The notes beneath the pieces are model-generated. The model ran no database searches and was not told the DNA's origin. It saw nothing but the letters and a program-made list of their open reading frames with translations. This document shows positions 1-9,870 of a stretch of 64,000 bases of DNA, in pieces. The stretch comes from Nitrospirota bacterium (GTDB lineage: Bacteria > Nitrospirota > UBA9217), in contig CAWBNQ010000003.1 of the NCBI GenBank assembly GCA_963790205.1, positions 32,001 through 96,000 of the forward strand. The letters are read 5' to 3'. Numbering within the stretch: the stretch's first letter is position 1; each line of letters starts with the position of its first letter. The position numbers and the translations under genes were made by a program.

Positions 1-1368
1 ACGGTGAGCGATACCGCAAACCCGCAGAACGACTCTGTGGTGTCCTTCGGGACCATCGCAGCAGGGTATTCCAGCATGGAAGCGGTGGTCGTGACCAACA
101 ACGGCAACGGGGCCCTCGCCATCGGCCGGATAGCCGCGAACGATGCTCTTGCCGCACCCTTCAGCATAGCCCTGGACACCTGCTCGGGCGCGATCCTCGC
201 GCCGGGTTCGAAGTGCGATCTCATGCTCCGCTTCGCCCCTACCTCCTCGGGCCTGCTCACCGACACGTTCGACATACCGTCGAACGACCCCGATCATCCG
301 GAAACGGCGGTGGGCGTCATGGGAACGGGAACCTATGCCGTGCCCGTGCCCCACATGGTGCTCACGGACTCTGTTGCTCCGGCTGACGACCACATCCTGC
401 CCTTCGGGACCGTGAACCTCAGCACGGCAGCAACCCGCACAATCACGATCGGCAACGACGGCACGGTGAACCTCGTCATCGGCCAGATCGGCCAGGCCGA
501 GGCGCTGATCGGCCCCTTCGCCATAACGGACACCTGCTCGGGAAAGAGCATTGCGCCGTCGCAGACCTGCGTCTTCACCGTGGAGTTCCATCCGGACATC
601 ACGGGCGATTTCTTCGGCGGGTTCGACATCCCTTCGAACGATCCCAACGGCAGCGTCGGTATCGGCGTTGCCGGAACGGGCGTAGATCTCCTCACCCCGG
701 CGCGGCTGCAGTTCGGCAACGTGGCAACGAACCAGACCTCCGACCTCGCGGTCACGGTCACCAATAACGGGGCCACGGACCTCGTCATCGGCCAGATCGC
801 GAATCTCGATCCTCTTGCCGCGCCCTTCAGCATCGTGAGCGACGGGTGCTCGGCCCAGACGCTTGCCCCGGCCGCCTCGTGCCAGGTGACCGTGCGCTTC
901 GCGCCGACCGGCGACGGGTTCTATTCCGATACCTTCGATGTGCCGACGAGCGGCGACGTGACCGGCGACTTCTCTGTTGACCTGAGCGGCCTTTCCGGGT
1001 CCGGGACCGTTTCGGGTACGATCACGCTTCCTTCCGCGGTATCAGGGACCTGCTATGCCGTGGTGCTTACGCAGTCGTTCTCCCCGGCCAGTCCATTGCA
1101 GAACTCCGTTGCCGCCGCATCCGGTGCGACCGCCGGCACCCTGACGATCACCTACTCCTTCTCCAATGTCCCGCCCGGGCAGTACTACCTCTTTGCGGGA
1201 GTGGACAACGACGGAAACAACGCAAGCGCGCCTGCATGCTCCTTTACCACCGTGAACCTGACGCCTGGAGATTTTTACGGCTTCTACGGCGGCGGGTTCC
1301 CGGCCGCCCCGAACGTGACCGTGAACATTGGAGCCAACACATTCGATTTCACTCTGACGACATACTAA
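1..1368 (+). CDS. Surface/secreted protein with repeated Ig-like (choice-of-anchor D/ASH-like) domains; 5' end outside the window
   Basis: Frame open from base 1; three repeats of FGxV...VTN.G..L.IG.I...PF.I..D.CSG..LAP...C.....F.P.....DTFDIPSND. Confidence 0.75.
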   Translation, partial: TVSDTANPQNDSVVSFGTIAAGYSSMEAVVVTNNGNGALAIGRIAANDALAAPFSIALDTCSGAILAPGSKCDLMLRFAPTSSGLLTDTFDIPSNDPDHPETAVGVMGTGTYAVPVPHMVLTDSVAPADDHILPFGTVNLSTAATRTITIGNDGTVNLVIGQIGQAEALIGPFAITDTCSGKSIAPSQTCVFTVEFHPDITGDFFGGFDIPSNDPNGSVGIGVAGTGVDLLTPARLQFGNVATNQTSDLAVTVTNNGATDLVIGQIANLDPLAAPFSIVSDGCSAQTLAPAASCQVTVRFAPTGDGFYSDTFDVPTSGDVTGDFSVDLSGLSGSGTVSGTITLPSAVSGTCYAVVLTQSFSPASPLQNSVAAASGATAGTLTITYSFSNVPPGQYYLFAGVDNDGNNASAPACSFTTVNLTPGDFYGFYGGGFPAAPNVTVNIGANTFDFTLTTY

Positions 1369-1405
1369 TACGGGACCGAATCGGCCCGTCAGAAAAGGAG
1401 AAATT

Positions 1406-2569
1406 ATGAAAAAAGCATTGTTCGCTGCAGCGGTTTCGATCCTGTTCGCATGTGCGGTCCTGCCGGGGTGCAGCGGGGGCGGGGGAGGAGTCCTGTTGCC
1501 CGCAAAGACAAGAATATCCCGCGCCTACGTCGTGAATGCGAACGAGGGAACGGTAGCGGCATTCACCATCGATCCTGCAAACGGGACCCTCACCAGCACC
1601 GGCACGATCACGGCGGGCGCGCTACCGAGTTCCGCTGCGACCGATCCCCAGGGCAGATTTCTTTATGTGGCGAACGGAGACACGACCCTCTCTGCGTTCA
1701 CTATCGATGCCGCCACAGGCGCGCTCACCAGCGCGGGCACGGGCACGACAGGAGGATATGCTATCTACGTCAATGTCGACCCGCGCGCCCGGTTCCTTTA
1801 CACCCCGAACTGGGATACCAATGATGTGGCCCTCTTTGCCATTGACCAGTCCAGCGGGGCGCTCGCGAGGACCGATTGCGGCGGCGGCGCTGGATGCAAT
1901 GGCATGAATTTCGCGACCGGAATGAGCCCCTACTCCAATGTCGCCTTCGACCCAACGGGGAAATACGCCTATCTGGCCCTCCAGGGGGCCAATAAGGTGG
2001 CTCGATTCGTCATCGATCAGACAACGGGGGCGCTCAGCAGCTCGGTCACGGTCACTGCGGGGACCTCCCCGGGCTACGTGGTCCTAGACCCCCAAGGCAA
2101 GTTTGCTTACGCTGCCAACGCGACTTCCAACGACATTTCGGCATACCTTGTCAGCGCAACGACCGGAACGCTCTCGCAGATCGACTGCGGCGGCGGCGCG
2201 GGCTGCAACGGCAAGAACTTCTCCGCCGGAAGCTTCCCGAACACCCTCGCAATGGATCCTGCCGGCCAGTTCCTGTACGCCGCGAATGCCAACGACAATA
2301 CGGTTTCCGCCTACACGATCAATGGCGCCACGGGCGCCCTCTCCCAAGTCGCGGGCTCGCCTTATTCCGTGGGGCCTGACGCCTGGGGGGACGAATCCGT
2401 TGCCGTTGACCCCTCGGGCAAATTCGTCTACGCCACCAGTGATCGGTCGAACAACGTCGCAAGCTTCTCCATAAACGGCGCGACCGGCCAGCTTACGCCG
2501 CTGACAGCCTCTCCAGTTGCTACAGGAGGGGAGGCGTACTTCATTACCACGACGGTCACCAGTTACTAG
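1406..2569 (+). CDS. Lactonase-family beta-propeller lipoprotein
   Basis: RBS AAGGAG; lipobox-like LPGC; repeated DPxGKF(L/A)Y.AN...N.VSAF.ID..TG.L blades. Confidence 0.8.
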   Translation: MKKALFAAAVSILFACAVLPGCSGGGGGVLLPAKTRISRAYVVNANEGTVAAFTIDPANGTLTSTGTITAGALPSSAATDPQGRFLYVANGDTTLSAFTIDAATGALTSAGTGTTGGYAIYVNVDPRARFLYTPNWDTNDVALFAIDQSSGALARTDCGGGAGCNGMNFATGMSPYSNVAFDPTGKYAYLALQGANKVARFVIDQTTGALSSSVTVTAGTSPGYVVLDPQGKFAYAANATSNDISAYLVSATTGTLSQIDCGGGAGCNGKNFSAGSFPNTLAMDPAGQFLYAANANDNTVSAYTINGATGALSQVAGSPYSVGPDAWGDESVAVDPSGKFVYATSDRSNNVASFSINGATGQLTPLTASPVATGGEAYFITTTVTSY

Positions 2570-2614
2570 CAGGGAGAAAGAAAGACGCTCTTCCCCGGGA
2601 GGAACGAAAACACA

Positions 2615-2639
2615 AAGGCCCGGGAAACTCACGGGCCTT
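2615..2639. terminator. Hairpin between convergent genes
   Basis: AAGGCCCG-N9-CGGGCCTT. Confidence 0.55.
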
Positions 2640-2685
2640 CGCGTTTTAGCCGTCCTTGCTTTTTTTGTCATATACTACCTACAGC

Positions 2686-3219
2686 CTACCATCTCCCGTC
2701 TACTGTCTCTCCGGTCGGTTTCGAGATCGGCGATGGGGCCGCTTCCCGGTAATTGGAGATGCACACCGATTCCAGGAAACCCTGCATTGCTGCGGGGTCC
2801 AATCCCACGCGGACCTTGACATCCGATTGGCAGGCAGTAAGGATCGTCTGGACGAGGTTTCGTGCGCTGAACTCGAGGATCTCCCGGACAGCCTCGGGAG
2901 ACACGTCCTCGATCAGAAGATCATCCTCCTGATACCACCCATCCCCGTGATCGCCTGTCGAGCCTGAGGAAGTAGAGGCCTTCCTCGTCACAGTGCCCCG
3001 CTGCAGGGCAAAGTAGGACACATCGGCCCGAAGCTGCTGCAGGCCCTTGAATGCGGCGTTGGAGCAGATGCCGGTCCTTCCCCAGATGATGGGATTGAAC
3101 TTGGGCAGGCTGAGGCCGCTCGTAAAGATGTAGCTCCCGGGGCGAAGCTCGGACTCACGAATTTTGATGGAGAAAAAATCGTTCTTGTACTCCAGTGAAC
3201 CAATGGCTGTGGTCTGCAT
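2686..3219 (-). CDS. Hypothetical protein
   Basis: 177-aa ORF with strong RBS (AAGGAGG); no motif recognised. Confidence 0.6.
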   Translation of the reverse strand: MQTTAIGSLEYKNDFFSIKIRESELRPGSYIFTSGLSLPKFNPIIWGRTGICSNAAFKGLQQLRADVSYFALQRGTVTRKASTSSGSTGDHGDGWYQEDDLLIEDVSPEAVREILEFSARNLVQTILTACQSDVKVRVGLDPAAMQGFLESVCISNYREAAPSPISKPTGETVDGRW

Positions 3220-3374
3220 GATGGGCTCCCTCCTTTTGATGGAACTTATATAAAACCGTTTCTATCCTATTTAGATTCAGTATAGCCGATGTCAGGGCCG
3301 ATTGCCAGTAAAAAATAATGATTCTAAACTGAAGCTGTGATTTGATATCTCTTGATAATGATCGAATGTGGGGG

Positions 3375-3439
3375 TGTTGTTGCACCCGTTGCGCAGCATT
3401 CGGGGGTTCTGGCCGGAGAGAAAGCTCTCCGGTTTTTTT
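3375..3439 (+). repeat. Hairpin+terminator repeat, copy 1 (candidate sRNA)
   Basis: TGTTGTTGCACCCGTTGCGCAGC...GCCGGAGAG-AAAG-CTCTCCGGT-T tract; shared with 5226, 6744, 9846. Confidence 0.75.
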
Positions 3440-3525
3440 GTTTAGGGGCGCGCCGAACCGGTGCGGGATGTGCTACTATTTTCATGAGAGGAAAAATAGA
3501 AGAATAAAACTGAGGAGGTAATGAT

Positions 3526-4062
3526 ATGAAGAAGGTTATGACAGTAACCGTCGTACTCCTTTTAGCCATAGCATTCGGCCCTATGACAGTCTTCTCAAGC
3601 GAGCAGATGGGCCCGCCGGTAACCCACTCCAAGGACTTCGAAAGAATGAAGGACCTGGTCGGGGCTTGGGAAGGGAAGGCGGACATGGGCAAGGGCATGG
3701 TGACGCTTCGGGTCACCTATGAGCTGACCTCGGCCGGCAACGCCATAGTGGAAAAATTCGCCGCGGGGCAGCCCCACGAGATGGTCACGGTCTATCACGA
3801 TTTCGGCGGGAAGCTCGCCATGACCCACTACTGCTCCCTCGGGAACCAGCCGCACATGGAGCTCAAAAACCCCGGCGAGAGCACGATGATGTTCGTTCTG
3901 TCTGAAAAGAACCCCGGCATTGCGACGCTGACCGAGATGCACATGCACGCGCTCACGATCGTTGTTGATGGTAAAGACAGCATCACCGAGACCTGGTCGC
4001 TCTATGACAAGGGTGCCAAGAAATCCGACGTCACGGTGAAGCTCGCGCGGGTCAAAATGTAG
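3526..4062 (+). CDS. Exported hypothetical protein
   Basis: RBS GGAGG; signal peptide; EMVTVYH and LAMTHYC segments. Confidence 0.75.
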   Translation: MKKVMTVTVVLLLAIAFGPMTVFSSEQMGPPVTHSKDFERMKDLVGAWEGKADMGKGMVTLRVTYELTSAGNAIVEKFAAGQPHEMVTVYHDFGGKLAMTHYCSLGNQPHMELKNPGESTMMFVLSEKNPGIATLTEMHMHALTIVVDGKDSITETWSLYDKGAKKSDVTVKLARVKM

Positions 4063-4066
4063 CGAT

Positions 4067-4624
4067 TTGAAAAAACTCGATCATTCATTCTACCAGCGTG
4101 ATGCGAAAAAGCTCGCCCGGGACCTGATCGGGGCGGTCCTCGTTCGTCGCGTTCGCGACAGGGAATACCGGGCGCGCATCGTGGAGGCCGAAGCCTATGT
4201 CGGCCCTCATGACCTCGCATCCCATTCCTCCAAGGGCCGCACGAAACGTACGGAAGTCATGTTCGGTCCCGCGGGCCAGGCTTACGTTTACCTGATCTAT
4301 GGGATGTACGAGATGTTCAATATCGTGGCGGGCAAGACCGGCAGCGGTCAGGCGGTGCTCATCCGGGCGGCCGAGCCCCTGGGCGACTGGAAGGCCGATC
4401 TCTCGGGCCCGGGCAAGCTCACGCGCTCGTTCAAGATCACCCGTGACCTGAACGGACTGGACCTGACCAAGGACACGCTGTACCTCATGCATGATCCTGC
4501 TTACCGGCCGCGGACCAGGAGGACGAAAAGGATCGGCGTGGAGTATGCAGGGGAATGGAAAAACGAACTGCTCCGCTTTTTTGATGAGAGGAGCAAGGCG
4601 GTTACCCATCGCTTCAAGCCTTGA
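4067..4624 (+). CDS. mpg: DNA-3-methyladenine glycosylase (AAG/MPG family)
   Basis: IVEAEAY, DLASH, MFGPAG.AYVYLIYGMY, AVLIRA, GPGKL, RIGV motifs. Confidence 0.92.
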   Translation: MKKLDHSFYQRDAKKLARDLIGAVLVRRVRDREYRARIVEAEAYVGPHDLASHSSKGRTKRTEVMFGPAGQAYVYLIYGMYEMFNIVAGKTGSGQAVLIRAAEPLGDWKADLSGPGKLTRSFKITRDLNGLDLTKDTLYLMHDPAYRPRTRRTKRIGVEYAGEWKNELLRFFDERSKAVTHRFKP

Positions 4625-4775
4625 TCTTTTTTCCGTCCCGAATCTTTGCTATAATTACGCAGGATAATCCACGATCACCATTCTTAAGAACATGCAGGAC
4701 ATCGGTTCCTACGATAGTGCGAAGGGAGCGGGTCGCGGCATCCTGGAATGCAGTTAACAATGAACAGGAGGACAT

Positions 4776-5207
4776 ATGGGAGAGGTGCTGAGCCTGATAT
4801 TTCAGATTGCGGGTTTGTGGCTGGGTGTTTACCGCATCTGGCCCGAGGCGGCGTATCTTCTCCGCGCGGCGCAGGAGGCGCGGTTGTTCTTTTCGCCCGC
4901 GCTTGAGGCGGGGGAGCGCGTCCTCCTCTATTTCACGCTCGTGCTTTTGCCTTTGATGCATCCCCTGAGGAAAGTATTAGGAAATAAACTCTCCAGCGCC
5001 CTGGCTGTGCTCGTGTTCTCGGGGCTCTGCGTGGTCCTGGCGCATGTTCTTCATGCCTCGATCATCGACGGCTATGTTTTCTCCATATCTGTGAAAAAGA
5101 ACTGGGTTTCGCTCGCCCGGACTGCCGCTGTTTTTGTCATTGTCGCCGGCAACTGGCTTATTGCCTTTGCCGAGATGTACCGGACGGCCAAGGTCGCGGG
5201 GAAGTAA
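4776..5207 (+). CDS. Hypothetical membrane protein
   Basis: RBS GGAGG; about four hydrophobic segments. Confidence 0.65.
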   Translation: MGEVLSLIFQIAGLWLGVYRIWPEAAYLLRAAQEARLFFSPALEAGERVLLYFTLVLLPLMHPLRKVLGNKLSSALAVLVFSGLCVVLAHVLHASIIDGYVFSISVKKNWVSLARTAAVFVIVAGNWLIAFAEMYRTAKVAGK

Positions 5208-5225
5208 CAGCATGTAGCGGCGGGC

Positions 5226-5294
5226 TGTTGTCGCACCCGTTGCGCAGCGTTTGAACGATCACAAGCCGGAGAAGAAATTCTCTCCGGCTTTTTT
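5226..5294 (+). repeat. Hairpin+terminator repeat, copy 2
   Basis: TGTTGTCGCACCCGTTGCGCAGCGTTTGAACGATC...GCCGGAGA...TCTCCGGC-T6. Confidence 0.75.
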
Positions 5295-5604
5295 GTTTCA
5301 GAACGCCTTTCCGCATTTATCCCTGCGGGGCATACAATATGCAATCAGTATGTAATAAAGATGGTAGATCGTATCTGAACATTGTTTTAGACAGCGATAA
5401 TGCGGCCTTTTCCATGAGCTTTCAGTTGTTGATCTGTGTCGATAATGCTTCATGGTGGCGATTCTTCCACACTACAAGGAGCATTACGATACTTTGGTCA
5501 CCTGAGATAGAAAGTTGGAAAGGTTATGACCAGAGTTCGCAGAGGGGGAGGAAGTAGAACGTGAACGGTTTTGACCATACCATTTCGGGTCAAAGGAGGG
5601 CGCC

Positions 5605-5790
5605 ATGGATATTGAAAAGGTCCTGGAGGAGTATCGCAATGGCGATGAGGGCAAGCGGCTGCATCTTTTTCTGGCTTTCCGCGATCTGCGGGATTATTTC
5701 AGCAGGATTGAGCAGGAGAGCCCGGGCGACGATTTCACCATTGTGAGGTTCCCCTGGAGCAGGAAGCATCACGTTCCGCGCGCTGCCTGA
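5605..5790 (+). CDS. Small hypothetical protein
   Basis: RBS AGGAGG; 61 aa. Confidence 0.55.
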   Translation: MDIEKVLEEYRNGDEGKRLHLFLAFRDLRDYFSRIEQESPGDDFTIVRFPWSRKHHVPRAA

Positions 5791-5874
5791 CGGCGACTGT
5801 GAGCAGCGACGCATCCCTTCGATCATCCCCCACTTCGCGGTTGCGTTCCGGACAGAAACCCGGTACCATGCCGC

Positions 5875-6696
5875 ATGACCCGGTTCAAGACCCCCCTCGA
5901 GATCTATGCGCTCCTGCCGAAGACGAACTGCGGCGATTGCGGTATGGCGACCTGCCTCGCCTTCGCGGCGTCGGCTCTTAAAGGAGAGAAGCGTCCCGCC
6001 GACTGCCCGCGCCTGTCCCCGGAACAGCTCGCCAGGCTTGCGGGAGGGATCGGCAGGCAGGTCAATATCGAGAGCATCCGGGATGAACAACTGAAGGAGC
6101 TGAGGAAGAAGATCGCGAAACGGGACATCGTCTCCCGGGCGGGGCTGATCGGCGCCGCGAGCGACGGCCGGTCCGTTACGATCAGGTGCCTGGGCAAGGA
6201 TTTCGAAATCGACGGCCGGGGCGCGGTCGCGTCGCAGTGCCACACCCATGCGTGGTTCTCCCTGCCGCTGCTCGATTACCTTCTGCACTGCGAGGGAGCG
6301 GCGCCCTCCGGCAGGTGGGTGCCTTTCCGGGAGCTCCCGCGGGGGAAGACCTGGAACCCGCTCTTCGAACAGCGGTGCGAGAAACCTCTGAAACGGATCG
6401 CCGACAGCCATAACGAGCTGTTCGAGGCACTGGTGAGCATGTTCGGCGGGACCTCCGCCGCGCGCGCTTTCGACTCCGACATCGCCGTGGTCCTCTTTCC
6501 CCTGCCCCGGGTGCCGATGCTGGTCTGCTACTGGAAGCCGGAGGACGGCATGGAGTCGCAGCTTCACCTTTTTTTCGACGATACCGCCGAACGGAACCTC
6601 CCCGTGGAGTCGCTGTTCACCCTGGCGACCGGGATCGTGCGCATGCTCGAGCGGATCATGTTCCGGCACACGGACGGCAGGAGCGAACTGTCCTGA
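5875..6696 (+). CDS. Putative Fe-S domain + DUF3786-like protein
   Basis: N-terminal LPKTNCGDCGMATCLAFA...CP; C-terminal W.PFRELP and LFPLPRVP...W...F..TA pattern. Confidence 0.85.
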   Translation: MTRFKTPLEIYALLPKTNCGDCGMATCLAFAASALKGEKRPADCPRLSPEQLARLAGGIGRQVNIESIRDEQLKELRKKIAKRDIVSRAGLIGAASDGRSVTIRCLGKDFEIDGRGAVASQCHTHAWFSLPLLDYLLHCEGAAPSGRWVPFRELPRGKTWNPLFEQRCEKPLKRIADSHNELFEALVSMFGGTSAARAFDSDIAVVLFPLPRVPMLVCYWKPEDGMESQLHLFFDDTAERNLPVESLFTLATGIVRMLERIMFRHTDGRSELS

Positions 6697-6743
6697 CGCG
6701 AAACCAGGGGCCTGCCGGGAAACTTCGGAAGATACAGAGTGAC

Positions 6744-6808
6744 GTTGTTGCACCCGTTGTGCGGTGTTTAAACGATCGGGGCCGGGGTAAAATTCTCTCC
6801 GGCCCTTT
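6744..6808 (+). repeat. Hairpin+terminator repeat, copy 3 (diverged)
   Basis: GTTGTTGCACCCGTTGTGCGGTGTTTAAACGATC...GCCGG...TTCTCTCCGGC. Confidence 0.7.
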
Positions 6809-6905
6809 CCATTGACGACCGCTGATGAAGGCGGAGGTATTTCTGCCTTTTGAATGAAGAGAGCGGTTATCCTGAACGACTACCTTGGAGGAGGACCGTA
6901 TTGTA

Positions 6906-7472
6906 ATGTTTACTTCTTTTTTTTTGAAAATGCTGAACAGGGAAGCATCCTCCCGTCGGAGCAAGCCTGAGGAGATCCTCGAACAACTGCACATCCGGGA
7001 AGTGCAGGTAATTGCCGACATCGGGTCAGGGGGTGGGTATTTCACGCTCGCCTTTGCCAAGCGTGCAGGAACGGCCGGACGCGTCTACGCAGTTGACGTC
7101 AAGAAGAGGTACCTGGATTTCATCAAACAGCTGGCGGAACAGACGGGATTAGGCAACGTCATTTTCGTACTCGCTGCCGAAGGCAAGATGGACCTGCCGG
7201 AAGCGGGCCTCGATCTTGTTTTCGCAAGGAACGTATTTCACCATCTGCCTGAACCGGGAAACTTCTTCGCCAAGCTCAGAAGATATCTCAAACCGGGCGG
7301 CAAAGTCGCTATCATTGAGCATAAGAAAAAGGGCTTCGGCTTTGTCCCTCTCTTCGGCCACCATACGTCCCGTGAAACCATCATGCGGGATATGGCAACA
7401 GCGGGCTACTCTAAAACGAAGTCCTTCGATTTCCTGCCGGACCAGACCTTTACCCTGTTCGAAGTAACATGA
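6906..7472 (+). CDS. Class I SAM-dependent methyltransferase
   Basis: IADIGSGGGYF, VYAVD, LKPGG motifs; start uncertain (6885 or 6906). Confidence 0.88.
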   Translation: MFTSFFLKMLNREASSRRSKPEEILEQLHIREVQVIADIGSGGGYFTLAFAKRAGTAGRVYAVDVKKRYLDFIKQLAEQTGLGNVIFVLAAEGKMDLPEAGLDLVFARNVFHHLPEPGNFFAKLRRYLKPGGKVAIIEHKKKGFGFVPLFGHHTSRETIMRDMATAGYSKTKSFDFLPDQTFTLFEVT

Positions 7473-7604
7473 GGAACTCTCGAAGACCGGCTGTATTTCT
7501 GCAGTTGGATCACTTTGGTAATTTCAAAGCAATCGCTTTATGCGACACTCATGACGCTCCCGATCGCTTCCGCACTGCCTTCCCCCTCTAAACCATTCCC
7601 TGCC

Positions 7605-7659
7605 TGTTGACTTTCGATGTTGACTTTCGATTGACTTTCCTCCCCCCGCCTGATACTCT
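7605..7659 (+). promoter_or_regulatory. Sigma70-type promoter overlapped by tandem TGTTGACTTTCGA repeats
   Basis: TTGACT (7631-7636) N17 TACTCT (7654-7659) with extended TG; repeats at 7605, 7618 and partial 7631. Confidence 0.55.
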
Positions 7660-7702
7660 CAATAATAATATGCAGCAACGGATCACGGGTCCAGACTCAT
7701 GC

Positions 7703-8807
7703 TAATACAAACGCACTAAGTAATGTTACAAAGTCGCCTGACTTTGTGCTTTGACCACGAGTCAAGCGTCCTTTGGACCGTTGCCCAGATTGCGTCAAGG
7801 TTATCAAACCACCGGTTGGTAGTTGATTCATAGCGAATCTGGCGCCATATGCGTTCCTGCATATTCAAGGCAGGCTGATATGGTGGTAAGTACACAATCC
7901 GGAGTCGTTTATGCTTTCTGAGAAACTCCCGGATTGGGTCACCCCTATGCCAACGAGCTCGGTCAACATACAGCCAGATAGTGTAGCCACGAAGCTGGCT
8001 ATAAAGGTGCCGCAGCACTTTGAGAAAACCTTCTCGGTTGCCACGTTCCGTTTGGATGACGCCGGCACGAGCCAGAAGAGGAGCCACCCAGCCGGAAACA
8101 TTCAAACGTTTCTGATGCTGGCTGGTTGTCGGCACTTTCAACCGTTTCCCGATGAGCGCCCAGCCGCGGCCAAGCCGAGGGTGCAGAGTAAAACCGCATT
8201 CGTCCTGAAAAACCACAGTTTCTTTAGGACCCAGCGTTTTGAGTTTTTTTTAGGCTCCTGGCAAACTTCTTCGCGTCTTCTGCCTTTGCCTGGAGATAAA
8301 CGTGATTGGCTCGCTTTAACCGATACCCAAGTTGATGCATCCAGTATTGGGCCTGACGGACTTTCAGCTTTATCCCGAACTGGCGCTGTAAATGAGTTGC
8401 CAAAGTGGGGCCATCCCATCGAATACGATTTAAGCCGAACTTCTGGGGCGATTCCTCCAGTTGAAGCTCTAGCTGAGCTACGATCTTAGGAGTCATCCGA
8501 ACTGGACGGCCTGACTGCTTTTTCGGGACAAGGGCTTCTACTCCGTCCTTGTTTACCGCCCGCGTCCAGCGGTTTACGTTCATCCGGGTCTGGCCTAGGA
8601 CTTCTGAGATCCACCCCGGTCGTTGACCCTCCATTACCAAGAGGAGGGTAGCTATCTTTATGCCGATCCAAGCTCCTGGCACCTTCTCTGCGAGGGCCAG
8701 CAATTGCTCTTTGGACACCTTTATTGGGCTTGCAGGGGATGTTTTCATGCCCCCAGAATAACATAAAGTATGGTTAAAGTGTAACAATATTTACTGCGTT
8801 TGTATTA
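7703..8807 (-). mobile_element. IS630-family insertion sequence, apparently complete
   Basis: Terminal IRs 7703-7730 and 8780-8807 (25/28 identical, including the TA); duplicated TA in a CTAG site; HTH ORF plus DDE ORF. Confidence 0.93.
7716..8748 (-). CDS. IS630 transposase split over two frames (HTH 8748-8224; DDE 8216-7716), joined at an A8 run
   Basis: SGRP and W....L HTH motifs; FQDE...DRARWH...LPPYQPALNMQERIW; T8 at 8244-8251 on the plus strand. Confidence 0.88.
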
Positions 8808-8915
8808 GTTGAGATACAAGGGCGATAAACAGTAAAGATTCAAACCTGATAGGTTAGAGTGAATGCTCAGAAAAGGTCCGCGAGGTCGGGTCGCGGGGTT
8901 CAACGGCCGGTCATT

Positions 8916-9830
8916 ATGGTGAAAGCAACTATCCTGCTCGTGCAAGACGCGCAAACTCAGGGAAACGGCACCAAGTACTTTCTTGACGACGCCGGCTACC
9001 ACGTTATCTGGGTCGGGTCGGGCGTGTCGGCGCTTGCCGTTGCCACGCAACAGCCCCTCGACCTGATCCTCCTTGATGCCGCTCTTCCCGATATTGAAGG
9101 AGGCGACCTCTGCCGACGGTTCCGGTCGTGCGGTGAGACGAGCACCGTCCCGATCATTCTGCTCGTCGCGCCCGGGTACACGCCGGACCCGTCCGCCGGA
9201 CAGGTTGATGGACCTGACGACTATCTTACAAAACCCTATACAGAGCGCGAGCTCAATGCCAGTATCTCCACTGCGCTGAAAACGAGGGTGCTCAAGAATG
9301 AACTCGAAGAGAAGAACCGTCTGCTGGCCGAACAGCGCTCGCAGGCCGGGCCGCCGGACATCATCGATCCGGCCACGGGACTGTTCAGCCGGCGACAATT
9401 CGAGGCAATGTTCTCGAAGGAATTCAAACGTGCTGTGCGTTTCAAACAGCAGATGAGCTGCATGCTGATCGACCTGGACGGCCGGAAGGTGGGGCGTACG
9501 GCGGACGAAGCAACGCTCAAGGCAATAGTGCGGCTTGTTCAGGACACGATCCGGGAGGTGGATACCGCCGCCTGGTGGTCCGGCGAAGCACTCATCATCC
9601 TGCTTCCGAACACCATACGGAATGACGCGGTGCTGGCGGCTGCGCGCATCCTTGAGGCCGTGGCGGACTACCCGTTCACGTGGTCCGATTCCTCGAAGGT
9701 CACGATGAGCATTGGCGTTGCGGGGCTGCCCGATAGGAGCATTGACACTGAACAAAAACTGATCGAAGCGGCTGCTTCGGCGTGCAAGCGGGCCCGGGAA
9801 TTGATGCCCTCTTTCCGCCGCGAGAGCTGA
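8916..9830 (+). CDS. Receiver + degenerate GGDEF-domain protein
   Basis: DLILLD...DDYLTKP receiver; DPATGLFSRR; MLIDLD; WSGEAL in place of the GG(D/E)EF motif; TMSIGVA. Confidence 0.85.
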   Translation: MVKATILLVQDAQTQGNGTKYFLDDAGYHVIWVGSGVSALAVATQQPLDLILLDAALPDIEGGDLCRRFRSCGETSTVPIILLVAPGYTPDPSAGQVDGPDDYLTKPYTERELNASISTALKTRVLKNELEEKNRLLAEQRSQAGPPDIIDPATGLFSRRQFEAMFSKEFKRAVRFKQQMSCMLIDLDGRKVGRTADEATLKAIVRLVQDTIREVDTAAWWSGEALIILLPNTIRNDAVLAAARILEAVADYPFTWSDSSKVTMSIGVAGLPDRSIDTEQKLIEAAASACKRARELMPSFRRES

Positions 9831-9845
9831 GAGCCCCTAAGGGAA

Positions 9846-9870
9846 GTTGTTGCGCCCGCTGCGTTATGAC
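9846..9870 (+). repeat. Degenerate copy 4 of the hairpin repeat (no terminator)
   Basis: GTTGTTGCGCCCGCTGCG, 15 nt after a stop codon. Confidence 0.45.

Noticed and set aside
3375..9870. CRISPR array interpretation of the repeats
   Set aside because: Spacing is 1.5-3 kb with whole genes in between; no cas genes
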